64,000 nucleotides of DNA from a virus: positions 29,687 through 93,686 of IMG/VR virus record IMGVR_UViG_3300024307_000003; one strand, given 5' to 3'. Below the pieces are notes generated by a model, which saw only the letters and a list, made by a program, of their open reading frames with translations, was not told where the DNA came from and made no database searches. A program made the position numbers and the translations under genes. This document shows positions 47,926-58,508 of this stretch, one piece after another. Position 1 is the stretch's first letter; each line of letters begins with the position of its first letter.

Positions 47926-48163
47926 AAGAACATTAGTTACCATCACCACAGGAATGCTCCTCTCTGCTTGTCTACAAACTATTGCAGCAGAAACAACCAT
48001 CATCTGTGAGAAAGGACGATTGCATAACACTTGTCTGGATAATGGGAAAACTGTTTCTGTCAGAGCTTATGTAAACGAACATTCAAAGTACAAGAGAGTG
48101 GTTGACACTAAGACAGTGGGTAAATATGATAATCGTAAGGTAGAGATAAAGGTAAAGAAATAA
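47915..48163 (+). CDS. Exported protein or lipoprotein, paralog 1
   Basis: Hydrophobic N-terminus with LSAC; paralog of 48639..48875. Confidence 0.65.
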   Translation: MNFKRTLVTITTGMLLSACLQTIAAETTIICEKGRLHNTCLDNGKTVSVRAYVNEHSKYKRVVDTKTVGKYDNRKVEIKVKK

Positions 48164-48171
48164 AAGACTAC

Positions 48172-48247
48172 GGGGTAGCAATAAGAGTCTTTATGTATGG
48201 GCTTGTAACCCAAGCCTCAGAGGGTTAGGCACCCTCCTACTCCACCA
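48172..48247 (+). tRNA. Atypical tRNA: Ala-type acceptor (G3.U70), TGT anticodon, degenerate D and T loops
   Basis: GGGGTAG/CTACTCC-A-CCA; TGGG-CTTGTAA-CCCA; GAGGG-TTAGGCA-CCCTC; 76 nt. Confidence 0.7.
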
Positions 48248-48275
48248 ATTACAACTGTGAGGTTGAAAAAGCAAC

Positions 48276-48593
48276 ATGCAACTAAAGATAGGAAGACCAA
48301 ACAACTTCCATAAAGTTCTGTTTGCAGTAGACTTGTTTAAGTCTTATTGGAGATACAACGACATTTTTGTGGAGAATGTGAAAGTCAGTTATAATGACTT
48401 TCATAGTTTCTGGGATATATCTGTAAACAGAGGATTATTGTATAAAGAAGGGTGTGGTAGGGGTAGTGTTGAGTATCAGAAGAACAAATGGAGAGATAAT
48501 ATCGAAAAGATAGAACAACTACATCTCACAGCCGAAACAAACGAATCTTGGTCGTGGGAGTTTATAACCGAAGATTGTTACTGTGGATGCTAA
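48276..48593 (+). CDS. Hypothetical protein
   Basis: ORF between the duplicated genes. Confidence 0.6.
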   Translation: MQLKIGRPNNFHKVLFAVDLFKSYWRYNDIFVENVKVSYNDFHSFWDISVNRGLLYKEGCGRGSVEYQKNKWRDNIEKIEQLHLTAETNESWSWEFITEDCYCGC

Positions 48594-48638
48594 CAGCAAC
48601 AAGTCTAAGTTTTCTGGTTCTTATGTGACGGAGATAAA

Positions 48639-48875
48639 ATGAAATCTGTAACCTACGTTATTTTCTTGTTGTTGTTTTCATGTCAACCCTCTTACGCGAA
48701 AGAAACGACTATTGTCTGCCAGAAAGGTAAATATCACAACACATGCCTCTCAGATGGGCGGACAGTGACAACAAGGCAATATATAAAAGAACATTCGAAA
48801 TATCAAAAGATCGTTGACACCAAGACAACTGGTAAATATAATGATCGTAAGATAGAGATAAAGGTAAAGAAATGA
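48639..48875 (+). CDS. Exported protein or lipoprotein, paralog 2
   Basis: LFSC after hydrophobic stretch; ETTIVC.KG..HNTCL...EIKVKK. Confidence 0.65.
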   Translation: MKSVTYVIFLLLFSCQPSYAKETTIVCQKGKYHNTCLSDGRTVTTRQYIKEHSKYQKIVDTKTTGKYNDRKIEIKVKK

Positions 48876-51056
48876 GAACTAAGGATTTAGTTATTGGGGA
48901 GTATTACCGACACAAGGATAATCCTGCTGTGGGTTGGGCTAGGGCGCTTGAGGTGTTACCTCCAAAGCAGAGAGGAAATACACAAAACTGTGTAATTGTC
49001 CGCTGTGAGTGGACAACGCACAAGAACGATAAGTTTGGATTAATCAAACATTTTAGAATTTCAAATCTCGTAAAGGAGAAATAGATGAAAGATTATTGTG
49101 TACAAGGCGTAAAATGGGAAAGTGCTAAAACAGAGAAAGATCTGAAGATTGCAGATAACGTAGTTGTGTCTATTGAAAAACTCGGAAGCAAAATTCAGTC
49201 TGTAACGATCATGGCACAAGACCATACACTCAAGATTGTGACCGGGGATTATGGTAGCGACGGTTTGAAGTTGTTCACTATCGCACCCTCGGAAGCCACA
49301 AAGAAGAAAGTGACGGTTATTGCATCCAAAGGTGGGGATCAAATCCAAGCCACTCGGGATACAATGCAGGAAGCAGAAGAAAAGAAATACGATCTGGAAT
49401 GTGATGGCTGGAAAGCAGAAATCATTGAAACAGAAGAACGTGTGAAGATTGACATCATCTCTGGAAAAGAGGAAGATTTCGATATTCCCTTCTGAGAGGA
49501 GAACACAATGGATTTTTATGGGTTGGATGATTTTCGATTGAAACTGGAGGAGCTTGGATACCGCTCTTATCCTGATCACTTAAAAAGTGATATGAATGAT
49601 TGCAATTGGATTGCTTGTAAACGTGTGCAGGAGCCTTGCAGGGAGTGCGAGACGAATGAACGTAAAGTCCAGTATGTCATCCACCCATACCACTTTACAA
49701 TACACAGCAACACACATAGAAGCTACACTCTGGAGATTGTTGGCGAACATGCCGGTGTATGGTATAAGTTAGAAGCCTACGGTTTGGACGTTGATACTCT
49801 GTCTAATATAAATGAAGTGGAATCCAAACTACTGAAAGCTTGGAATGCCTTGGGAGAACAAATATGAAAGCTAAAGAAATTAAAACAGAGATGATGACTG
49901 GAGTGTGTGATAAGCAAAACATCCACATGCTCATTGAGAGTTTGTATGGAAATAAGTTTTCATTCTCTTATATATGCACTGACGATGGTAAAACTGTGTT
50001 GCAGTTGTCTGTTGCACAATACTACGAGTCTGTTGTAGAAGACAATCCTCCTGAAGTGATGGTGGCCTAATGATTCCTGTAATCTTTACTTTCGTTGTTG
50101 TCGGGGCATTTCTTGGGTGTGTTGTTTGTCAGGGAATCTTGATAACCATCGTGTCTTGCATAGCCTACTTTCTATTGGATGATTGGCGGAATGAATATAA
50201 GGAGAGAGAAGATGACCTTTGAAAAACTACCTCCACTGAAAAAGGGAGAGTTACATATCGGGTGTTTGAATTGTTCATCAGCAGCTCTTGTTGCTCCTAT
50301 GGATATGTTGATTGCTGTGGGATTTGGAGCAGCTTTTGTAACTAAGAATGATGAAATTATTTACAATGAGAGATATGCTGGAGAAGACGAAGAATATTGG
50401 ACAACGCAAGATGCAGAGAACCTTGCTAAACTTGATCCAGATAACGACTGGAGAATTGTGAAACACGGCCCTTTGCACGGAGAGACGTTCCAACGTCAAG
50501 GGGAAAATAACTGGGTGTGTGTTGAATCTAACGAGGGATTTGCATAATATGAGGTTACTCCATGTAGGAAAATGTGAATTCTGTGATCACACTAGGAAAG
50601 TAATAGAATTTGAGACGCGACCAAGAAGCGACTACCCTGATACTATTACGGTGTGTGAGGAGTGCCTAAAAGAAGGCTTGGAGAAGATCAATGACACAAA
50701 TAAATAAAGAGTGGACAATTGAATCTTTGATCAACTCAATGTCCCACAAGGAAACGGTGGACTTTGCTTATTGGCTCTCCCACTTAACTGAGTATGGAGA
50801 GCAAGAGCTGTTGGACTTCTATCGTGATCATATCAATGGGGTGCAGAGCTTCCAATGCTTCTTCCGTCACACGCCTGTGCGTTCTCTCTCGTTTTATTCA
50901 AACGAAGGTATGTATGTTGTGTGTAAAGGAAAGACATTAGAAGACGCTGTTCGTAATTATAAACGTGAATTCGATAAGACACGCTGGAAGGCAGTGGAGT
51001 TCATTACACACGTTGTAAACAAGAACACGCAAGGAGAGAAGAGTGCAAACAATTAA
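48872..51056 (+). CDS. Run of small hypothetical proteins
   Basis: Abutting ORFs with GGAG SDs. Confidence 0.6.
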
Positions 51057-52218
51057 GAATGAACGTCTCACTAAAACAATACAATCTAGTTTGGGGAATG
51101 TCTATGATCTCCTGAAGGAAGAGAAAGCTTTCCTTGCTGGGGGAGCTATTACATCCCTGTTCTGTAATCGTGAAATCAACGATTGGGACATTTACTTCCG
51201 TAGTAAGTGGAGCGCAGGTCGTGTGGCGCTTGACGCATACGAGGACAATGAGTTCTTAAGTTCTCATGAGTTGTTGTTTAATAGTTTGACAGGAAAGAGC
51301 CTGATGTGCACTAGCACTGAGACACAAGCTTCCATTCAACTTATTACATTCCAATATTTCAAAGACGTTGCATCTTTGTTTAATACCTTTGATTTCACTG
51401 TTTGTATGGGAGCTTATGACTTCGAAACGGAGACGTTTATCCTGCATCCGGATTTTATGATGCACAATAGTCAACGTTTCTTGAAGTACAACCCTAAGAC
51501 AGCTTATCCTATGATTTCTGCTCTTCGTGTTCAGAAGTATGTAGACAAAGGCTACACTATATCCAAGCTAGAGATGATGCGAATTCTAGCTACTATCTCC
51601 CAGATCAAGATAGACTCTTGGGGAGACGCAGAAGAACACCTTGGTGGTATGTATGCTCAAACCATTACACAGCTTGAAGAGGCTAATGGGGAGTTCTCGA
51701 TGGATGCTCTGCTGGAAGCTTTAGGTAAAGAGCTGTATAGAGACTCTGTTCTTCAGCAGCTCCCAACTTCCGTTGATCTTAGGGAAGTGATGAAGCACCT
51801 GAGTATTCCTGATTTGGAAGAGCATATAGACAAACAGCACGCAGAGAAAGAAGAGAAGTATGGTAAGTATTACTACAAACGCATAGGTCAGGACTTCAAG
51901 AGCACTAACAATCCTCGCAATGTACTGCCTATCGAATACAAGGAAGGCGAAATAGTCAATGGCGGTAGGAACGGAATCTATTGTAGAAAGTGGGATCGTA
52001 TAGAGCAAGTGGCAACAGAATATAAAGGACCATTTTTCGTTGTAATGGAAAAAGCAGATGAGGTTTGCTACTGGAACGGTGCTTCTCTTATAGGTGATGT
52101 CCGAGTTTTGAAGATAGTGCCTTGGAGTGGTTGTGAAGCTCTGGAATATCGTCAGATGTACAAGAGTGATATATTGAATATGTTGGAGGCTGAAGATGAA
52201 GCCAATGTTAGCTTGTGA
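51043..52218 (+). CDS. Nucleotidyltransferase (CCA/poly(A) polymerase-like head domain)
   Basis: LAGGAI...NDWDIYF and FDFTVCM motifs. Confidence 0.7.
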   Translation: MQTIKNERLTKTIQSSLGNVYDLLKEEKAFLAGGAITSLFCNREINDWDIYFRSKWSAGRVALDAYEDNEFLSSHELLFNSLTGKSLMCTSTETQASIQLITFQYFKDVASLFNTFDFTVCMGAYDFETETFILHPDFMMHNSQRFLKYNPKTAYPMISALRVQKYVDKGYTISKLEMMRILATISQIKIDSWGDAEEHLGGMYAQTITQLEEANGEFSMDALLEALGKELYRDSVLQQLPTSVDLREVMKHLSIPDLEEHIDKQHAEKEEKYGKYYYKRIGQDFKSTNNPRNVLPIEYKEGEIVNGGRNGIYCRKWDRIEQVATEYKGPFFVVMEKADEVCYWNGASLIGDVRVLKIVPWSGCEALEYRQMYKSDILNMLEAEDEANVSL

Positions 52219-53098
52219 TATTGATTTTGACAAAGCACAATACCCGTTATGGGGTTTTCCTAAGCTTGATGGAGTACGAGCTAGTAATTACAACGGAAAA
52301 CTATTAGCCCGAAGCATGGAGCCGCATGAGAACTTGTTTACAACAAACAAATACTCTGGACCATTATTTTCTGGATTAGATGGGGAGCTTGTTGTAGGTT
52401 CTCCAATAGCAGAGGATGTTCTGAACAAGACCTCCTCAGCAACAAGAACTATAAACTGGGAAGGGAATATTTCTTGGTATGTATTCGATTTCATAGGCAA
52501 CTGTATAAACACAAACCCTTCATACGAAGAACGATACAACGCTCTCTTGTATGTTGTAGAAGACTCTAATCTTGCTAAACATAATGTCTATGTTTTAAAC
52601 TACAAAATTGTGAATAGTAAAGAAGAAGCTATTGACTTCTACAAGTCTTGCCTTACCGAAGGATACGAGGGAGCTATCTTTCGTAACCCTAAAGCTAAAC
52701 GAAAGAACGGAAGGTCTTCTGTGAAGTACAACGACTTTCTGAGAGCTAAGCCACAATCAGACAAAGAAGCAAGGATTGTTAGTGTCTACGAGGCTATGGA
52801 AAATCGGAATGAAGCTAAGACAAACGCACTAGGAAGAACAGAGCGAAGCTCCCACAAAGAAAACCTTGTAGGAAAGAACACTCTTGGTGGTATGGTGGGG
52901 ATTGATTTAGAGACAGGACAACAGATCAACATAGCGCCGGGAAAGTTGCTTCACAGTGAACGAGAACACCTGTGGCACAACCAGCAAGAGATTGTAGGAA
53001 AGATTGTTAAATACAGAAGTATGGATAAGGGCGTTAAAGACAAACCCCGTTTCGCTAGGTTCATTTCCTTTAGAAGTGAGAGGGATATGTCCAAATGA
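52196..53098 (+). CDS. ATP-dependent DNA ligase
   Basis: KLDGVR, LDGEL, VFD, EGAIFR, PRF motifs. Confidence 0.93.
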   Translation: MKPMLACDIDFDKAQYPLWGFPKLDGVRASNYNGKLLARSMEPHENLFTTNKYSGPLFSGLDGELVVGSPIAEDVLNKTSSATRTINWEGNISWYVFDFIGNCINTNPSYEERYNALLYVVEDSNLAKHNVYVLNYKIVNSKEEAIDFYKSCLTEGYEGAIFRNPKAKRKNGRSSVKYNDFLRAKPQSDKEARIVSVYEAMENRNEAKTNALGRTERSSHKENLVGKNTLGGMVGIDLETGQQINIAPGKLLHSEREHLWHNQQEIVGKIVKYRSMDKGVKDKPRFARFISFRSERDMSK

Positions 53099-53689
53099 CT
53101 GTAACTCCCGCAAAGACGTACAAGGATTTATTTAAACAATTTAATTGTCTTCTGGATATGTACAATAGGACGGAAGAAATGTTCTATACACAACAAAACA
53201 AGTTAGAACAAGAGAGACAAGAAAGAAAATTCCTGTCTCAAATTCTTGATGATATAGCTGATGTTGTGTTAAAAACAACAGGGCATGTCTGGCACGAAGA
53301 TGTGTATTATGACTCTCTGTTTGATCTGTTCAGAGATACAGTGGGAGTTGAATTTGGAGAAGGAGAGGCTAATGATTCCACAATCAATTGAAGAAGCTAT
53401 TACAAACATTCTGACTTGGGAAGACTTGGAAGATGTGATAAACCAATCTCTCGAAGAGTTCTCTGCTGTTTCACACTTCACAGCCGGAAGATGGATTCGG
53501 AATCAATGGGGACTGTGGCAACAAGAAGGGGGTCTTTACAAAGAGCTTAAAGGTCTTGGATTGACACACGCAGACGACATGAGCGGATATATCTTCACTC
53601 TCGTATGGTGCACCTATCATGATAAGCCATTTAATATGGAAGGGGTCATAGCACAATATAAAGAGCATTGGGATACTTATGGGAATTAA
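53095..53689 (+). CDS. Two hypothetical proteins (53095-53391; 53372-53689)
   Basis: The second has HF..GRWIRNQWGLW...HADDMS. Confidence 0.65.
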
Positions 53690-54251
53690 CTATTGGATAG
53701 GTATTGGTAGTAGAGATATAACACAGGAAGAATACCAATGGGCTGTTCTCGTAGGGGAACAGCTCACTCGTCGTTATGGGATGGTTCTTCGTAGTGGAGG
53801 TGCCGGAGGAGCTGACACAGCTTTCCAGCATGGCGTGTGTAATGTGGACTTCCGTAGGTGTGAGATATGGATACCGTGGGAAGGGTTTCTCCCTGAACAA
53901 GTACATCCAGATTTCGGCGGTTGTGAATATATTGTTGCTGGATACAAAAGAACCCTTGATGCTGGATGGTTTTACACTGAATACACAAACATTATGCCTT
54001 GGTTCAGCAATATGAAAGCAAGTAATCAACTACTTCATGGAAGAAATTATTATCAGGTGGTGGGGAAAGAGAAAGCACCAAAATCCTCTGTCTGCATCTT
54101 CATAGCCGACGAGAACAGCAACGGCGACATCTCAGGAGGCACTAGGAGCGCTGTTCTAGTAGCTAGGCACTACAAGATACCCACTTACAATTTACGCAAT
54201 ACAGAACAGCGTGAGAAGCTGTTCAGCCTTATAGGAGTAGAGTATGCCTAG
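53679..54251 (+). CDS. DprA/SLOG-like Rossmann protein
   Basis: GIGSR, LRSGGAGGAD, RN..QV, SGGT...IPTYNL. Confidence 0.75.
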   Translation: MGINYWIGIGSRDITQEEYQWAVLVGEQLTRRYGMVLRSGGAGGADTAFQHGVCNVDFRRCEIWIPWEGFLPEQVHPDFGGCEYIVAGYKRTLDAGWFYTEYTNIMPWFSNMKASNQLLHGRNYYQVVGKEKAPKSSVCIFIADENSNGDISGGTRSAVLVARHYKIPTYNLRNTEQREKLFSLIGVEYA

Positions 54252-55306
54252 CTTCGAACGAGACAGGGAGTGTGGTGCAGCACCGGGAGTCTGTGGTTGG
54301 TTAGCTTGCCGATATTCTCCCGGCTGTGGATGTGGAGGGAGTACATACGAAGACCCCTTACCTCCAACAATACCTTCAGAATATGAGAATAAATACACAT
54401 ACACGCCTGTTTCTAGGTGGAAGTCAATTTATTTTAATAATCCTAGAAAAGTTCCTATTGGATATGGCCTAGAGGTTACGATAGGAGATAAAACTTTCCT
54501 ATTGAATAAACCATTAAAATTTAAGATTGTTGGAAAACAGAATGTCGTATTTCTTGAAGAGTTAGAACAGTACAACACCATTAGAGATGTATTTATTGAG
54601 GTTACAGGAGCGTGATATGGACAGTGAAGCATTGAAACTTAAGATAGGAAACCTGCCAACAATAAAGAGCGATGTGTTTGAAGACAATATTGCAACAGCT
54701 TTATGTTGTTATTTTGAACGTCATTGTGATAGGCCCATTGACGATCCAGATGATGAAGATTGTCCGGGATGGGGTGTATGGGTAGTGGAGAAAATGAATG
54801 AACTGATAGATAGTATAGTTGATGCTGTTATCGAACATTTAGAAGAGGAAAAGGAATGACACTAACAATAGAACAAATTAAAGAACACCTACTGAAAGGG
54901 AAGTGTGTATCTGTTAATCCTGTTTGGAGATATGGTCTTGGTAAGAGTCTTACTTGGGGTTGGACTGGATGTTCCAGCGATCCGGGGTGTTGTGAAGACT
55001 CTTTTAATACACTAGAAGAACTTCTGGAAAGTATTCTGGAAAGATGCGATGGAGATTTAAGTGAAGTCGGGCTTGAGCAGTAAAGGAGACAATATGTGGA
55101 TTTGTTATGATGAAGAGAAACCAAAGACTCCCGGTTGGTATGCCGTTCTGTATTGCTGGGAGATTCAGGAAGGAGTTTTTAACCAAGCTAGCTACTGGAA
55201 TGACGGGTGGGATGAAAAGCTCCCTATTGGCTTCTGGTGGGGTCCGTTCGACACAGCACAAGAAGCTGAAGAGTACGCAGAAGAATCTAATTGGGATAAT
55301 AGGTGA
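54244..55306 (+). CDS. Four small hypothetical proteins
   Basis: Overlapping ORFs. Confidence 0.55.
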
Positions 55307-55815
55307 TGGCAGGATTATATTTTGCTTCTGACTTCCACTTAGATCATAAGAACATCGGAAAGTACAGATTGGAAGTAAGGGACGCACAAGATAACGAAGA
55401 ACGAATAGAGAAGGTTTGGAAGACAACAATCACTAAACGTGATCTTGTGTATTGTCTTGGGGATATGTGTTTCTCTGAAGCTTCGCTAGATCGTTTTAAG
55501 ACATGGCCCGGAAGGAAGATACTGATATGTGGAAATCACGACAGGGATCACCTGTCTATGCAACAATTAGTGGATTCCTTTGATGAAGTGTATTCTCTGC
55601 TAAAGTACAAAGAGTTCTGGTTGTCACACCCTCCAATACACTCTGATGAGCTACGTGGTAGATATAATCTACACGGTCACTTACACTACCACACAGTTAA
55701 AGATTGGAGATATTATAACTGTTGTGTTGAACACGGTATACTTCATTCTCTGCAAGAGGTAAGAGATGTACTAGAACAACGGAAGAAACAAAGAGAATAT
55801 GAATATGGACTTTAA
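55303..55815 (+). CDS. Metallophosphoesterase, copy B
   Basis: SDFH, LGD, GNHD, SHPPIH, HGHLH. Confidence 0.88.
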   Translation: MMAGLYFASDFHLDHKNIGKYRLEVRDAQDNEERIEKVWKTTITKRDLVYCLGDMCFSEASLDRFKTWPGRKILICGNHDRDHLSMQQLVDSFDEVYSLLKYKEFWLSHPPIHSDELRGRYNLHGHLHYHTVKDWRYYNCCVEHGILHSLQEVRDVLEQRKKQREYEYGL

Positions 55816-55820
55816 GCCAA

Positions 55821-55851
55821 AGAAGGGAGCTAAACGCTCCCTTTCTGTTTT
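55821..55851. terminator. Bidirectional terminator at the strand switch
   Basis: AAGGGAGC-TAAAC-GCTCCCTT then TCTGTTTT. Confidence 0.8.
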
Positions 55852-56105
55852 GCTTTATAATAACAAACATGCCAAAGCCATACAGCGTTAGTTAGAACGA
55901 TAGCCATACCCCCGTACCAACTGAGGTACTGTTCAAGGTTGTAGTAATAAAATAAATTCCATACACCCCAACTCGTAAAGAACACAGTCACCTTCGGATC
56001 AACTCCCTTTACAACCTTGTCTTTACGTATTTGAAAGATATTGGAACAAATCGACACCGCCCCAAACAATTCAAAGCAACCATTTACTAAATCTGGAATG
56101 TTCAA
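55830..56105 (-). CDS. PQ-loop/SemiSWEET-like 3-TM membrane protein
   Basis: Three TM helices; I.KDK.VKGV...W..W...YY...N pattern. Confidence 0.55.
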   Translation of the reverse strand: MNIPDLVNGCFELFGAVSICSNIFQIRKDKVVKGVDPKVTVFFTSWGVWNLFYYYNLEQYLSWYGGMAIVLTNAVWLWHVCYYKAKQKGSV

Positions 56106-56185
56106 TATTAAACTCCTTATTTTGTTTGTTCAATTACAATTTTAAATCCATCTTTACATCTATCGTCATACTTTTTGCAAGTGTT

Positions 56186-58391
56186 TTACGTTTTTTCGTT
56201 CTCTCTTTCAGCCTTAAATTCTTCTATTGTTTTTTCATCAGGTTTAAGTGGCATCAAATACTTCGCTGGTGTGCAGTTGCTAACACTATTGTCTTTATAC
56301 ACAAGAGAAGGGGAGCAAACCCAGAGGTCTACTCCCGCTATATCATCAGGATTCTCACAATGCTCAATACGAAGGCGTTGCCCAGAACGGTAGAAAGCAA
56401 CAGTAGTGACAATCTGATTGCCTACTAGACAAGGGCTGAAAGCAAGACAGAGCTGGTTTGGATAAATATCTCTGCTCATATTAATACTCCAAACTATCTA
56501 GTCTATGAGATGCTTCACGAAGCTCTTGCTGAATACTTCTAATGTCATCATTCAATGAAGAGATTTCATTCTCATATCCAGTAATATCAGATTCCAAACT
56601 TTCTACTTCTTCCTGTAGACAAGTGACTTCAGATTGAGCGCTATCAAGTTCGTTCTCTAGCTCACTGATTCGTTCTTCTGCTGTCTCTAGCTCTTCTTGG
56701 AGCTTCTCAGCTTCTTTCTCCCAATGGCTTCCCCACTCCCTAATCTCAGAATTAGCAGAGCGAATATCTTCAATAGCATCTACAAGAAGTCCTTTTGTAC
56801 TGGTCCAAGAGTAAAGACCTTTCTTACTGAAGAAGTAATCAAGAATATCTTCATAAGGTTCTTCTTGCTTTAATCTTTGTTCTAAATCTCTAAGTTCTCT
56901 GATTAGATCATCAATCATTGGACAAGTTTGTTTAGGCTCTTTCATTCTTAATCTCCTTAGTCTTTTTAAAAACAAGGTATGAATTCCAAACAGAGTTTCT
57001 ACCTGTATAGCAAAACTCCCATCCCCTCTCTTTTAAAAATTTATCCAGAATATCTAATGTAGGTCGCATAGTACAATTGGAAATTAAAATATAACATTCA
57101 GACTCCTCTCCTATATCGTATTCAAAAGTTGGAATTTCTTTCGGTTTGTCCTTTATCTTAAATGGCCACACTTAACGTTCCTCCTCTATGGCAATCAAAT
57201 AACCAATTAGTGTTTTAAATTCTTCGTGTCTCTCTAGGAAAGATAAAGCTATCCTGAACAGCATACACACATTCATTTCCCGGAAACACTATCTTCCCAT
57301 CTGTCGTCTTAGCTGTCTCTGCTATCTTCATTAGGTTGTTTACTTTTCTGTTCATTTCTCCTTTCCTTTCGTTTATCATATTTAGTCAACCACTTACTAA
57401 ACTCAGGCCACACAGGATCATCCTCATCTTCTGGCCAATAAGGACATTCTTCTCCGTTCTTAATTGTGTAGAAGCTAGGACCGCAGTAATCGTGGAAGCT
57501 TACCCAGATGTATCTGTTCCCTACGTGGAGTCTTCCCCAAGGATTGACACAGACAATCCCGTTAGGTATTCGAATACAAGTCATCTTATCCTCCTCAATG
57601 TTTAAGGTAGTAAGCTGCTAAGGTAAATATCCAACCAATTACCACATTACCAATTATCACCCACTTTTCATTTCTAATAAAAAGTAAGAGAAAATACCTG
57701 CAACTGATAAATAGGCTAACAAAAATAACTCCGCTTGTCCTTGATTCATTTCATCCTCCCAACAATTTCTTTAAGGATTTCTTTATCTACTTGCGATATG
57801 TTTTCAATCAACCAACTAGGATCTTCTGAGATCCACTGTACAAGGCAATTGATCAATCCCTTGGAGGTAGTGGCAGGGTGATTCACCCAGTCGTCTAGTG
57901 TGTCTGTCAGGTTCTGGTAGAAGGGGTTTTTCATTCTATTACTCCTATGATGGTTTCTTCATTATCTCTCTTTGGAACATAGAGAGTGTTTAGGGTTTCA
58001 AAACTCCCGTCCTCTGCAACAGAGACAACAGGTGTAGTCAACACCCACCCTTGCTCATAATAAGAGTTCGGGTGGTTGATAGCCCACACGGTAGCATTCC
58101 TCCCTTCCATTATGAAGCTTCCTTGGGTCTTGTCGTATTGGATTGTTTTCTTCATTGTCCCTCCTGTGGGCGTTCTGGTTTAGGTTGTTTGGGAGTGCCA
58201 AAGGCTGCGCCTGAGAAGTAGTGACCGCTAAAGGCACTGTAGAGATCCTTAGCACTTTGTCCAAGTGCTTCCGCTATACCCTGTAGCTCTCGCCCTTTTG
58301 CGTTGCCTGCGCTATACACACGGTGATCATCTGAATAACCGTAGTACCAATCATGTGTTTCTAGCAAGTCATAAAATTTATTGAGAGTCAT
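56186..58391 (-). CDS. Run of small hypothetical proteins, including an acidic coiled-coil protein (56481-56945)
   Basis: Abutting ORFs with SDs. Confidence 0.6.
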
Positions 58392-58508
58392 TACCTATCT
58401 CCTTCTTTCTCTTTGTTTGTTTACTCTGCTCTTTTGGCTCGTAGACCTTGTCGTCGAAGTATTGAGGAAAGTTACCTCACCCAAAAGGACAATTAAACAT
58501 ACATCCTC

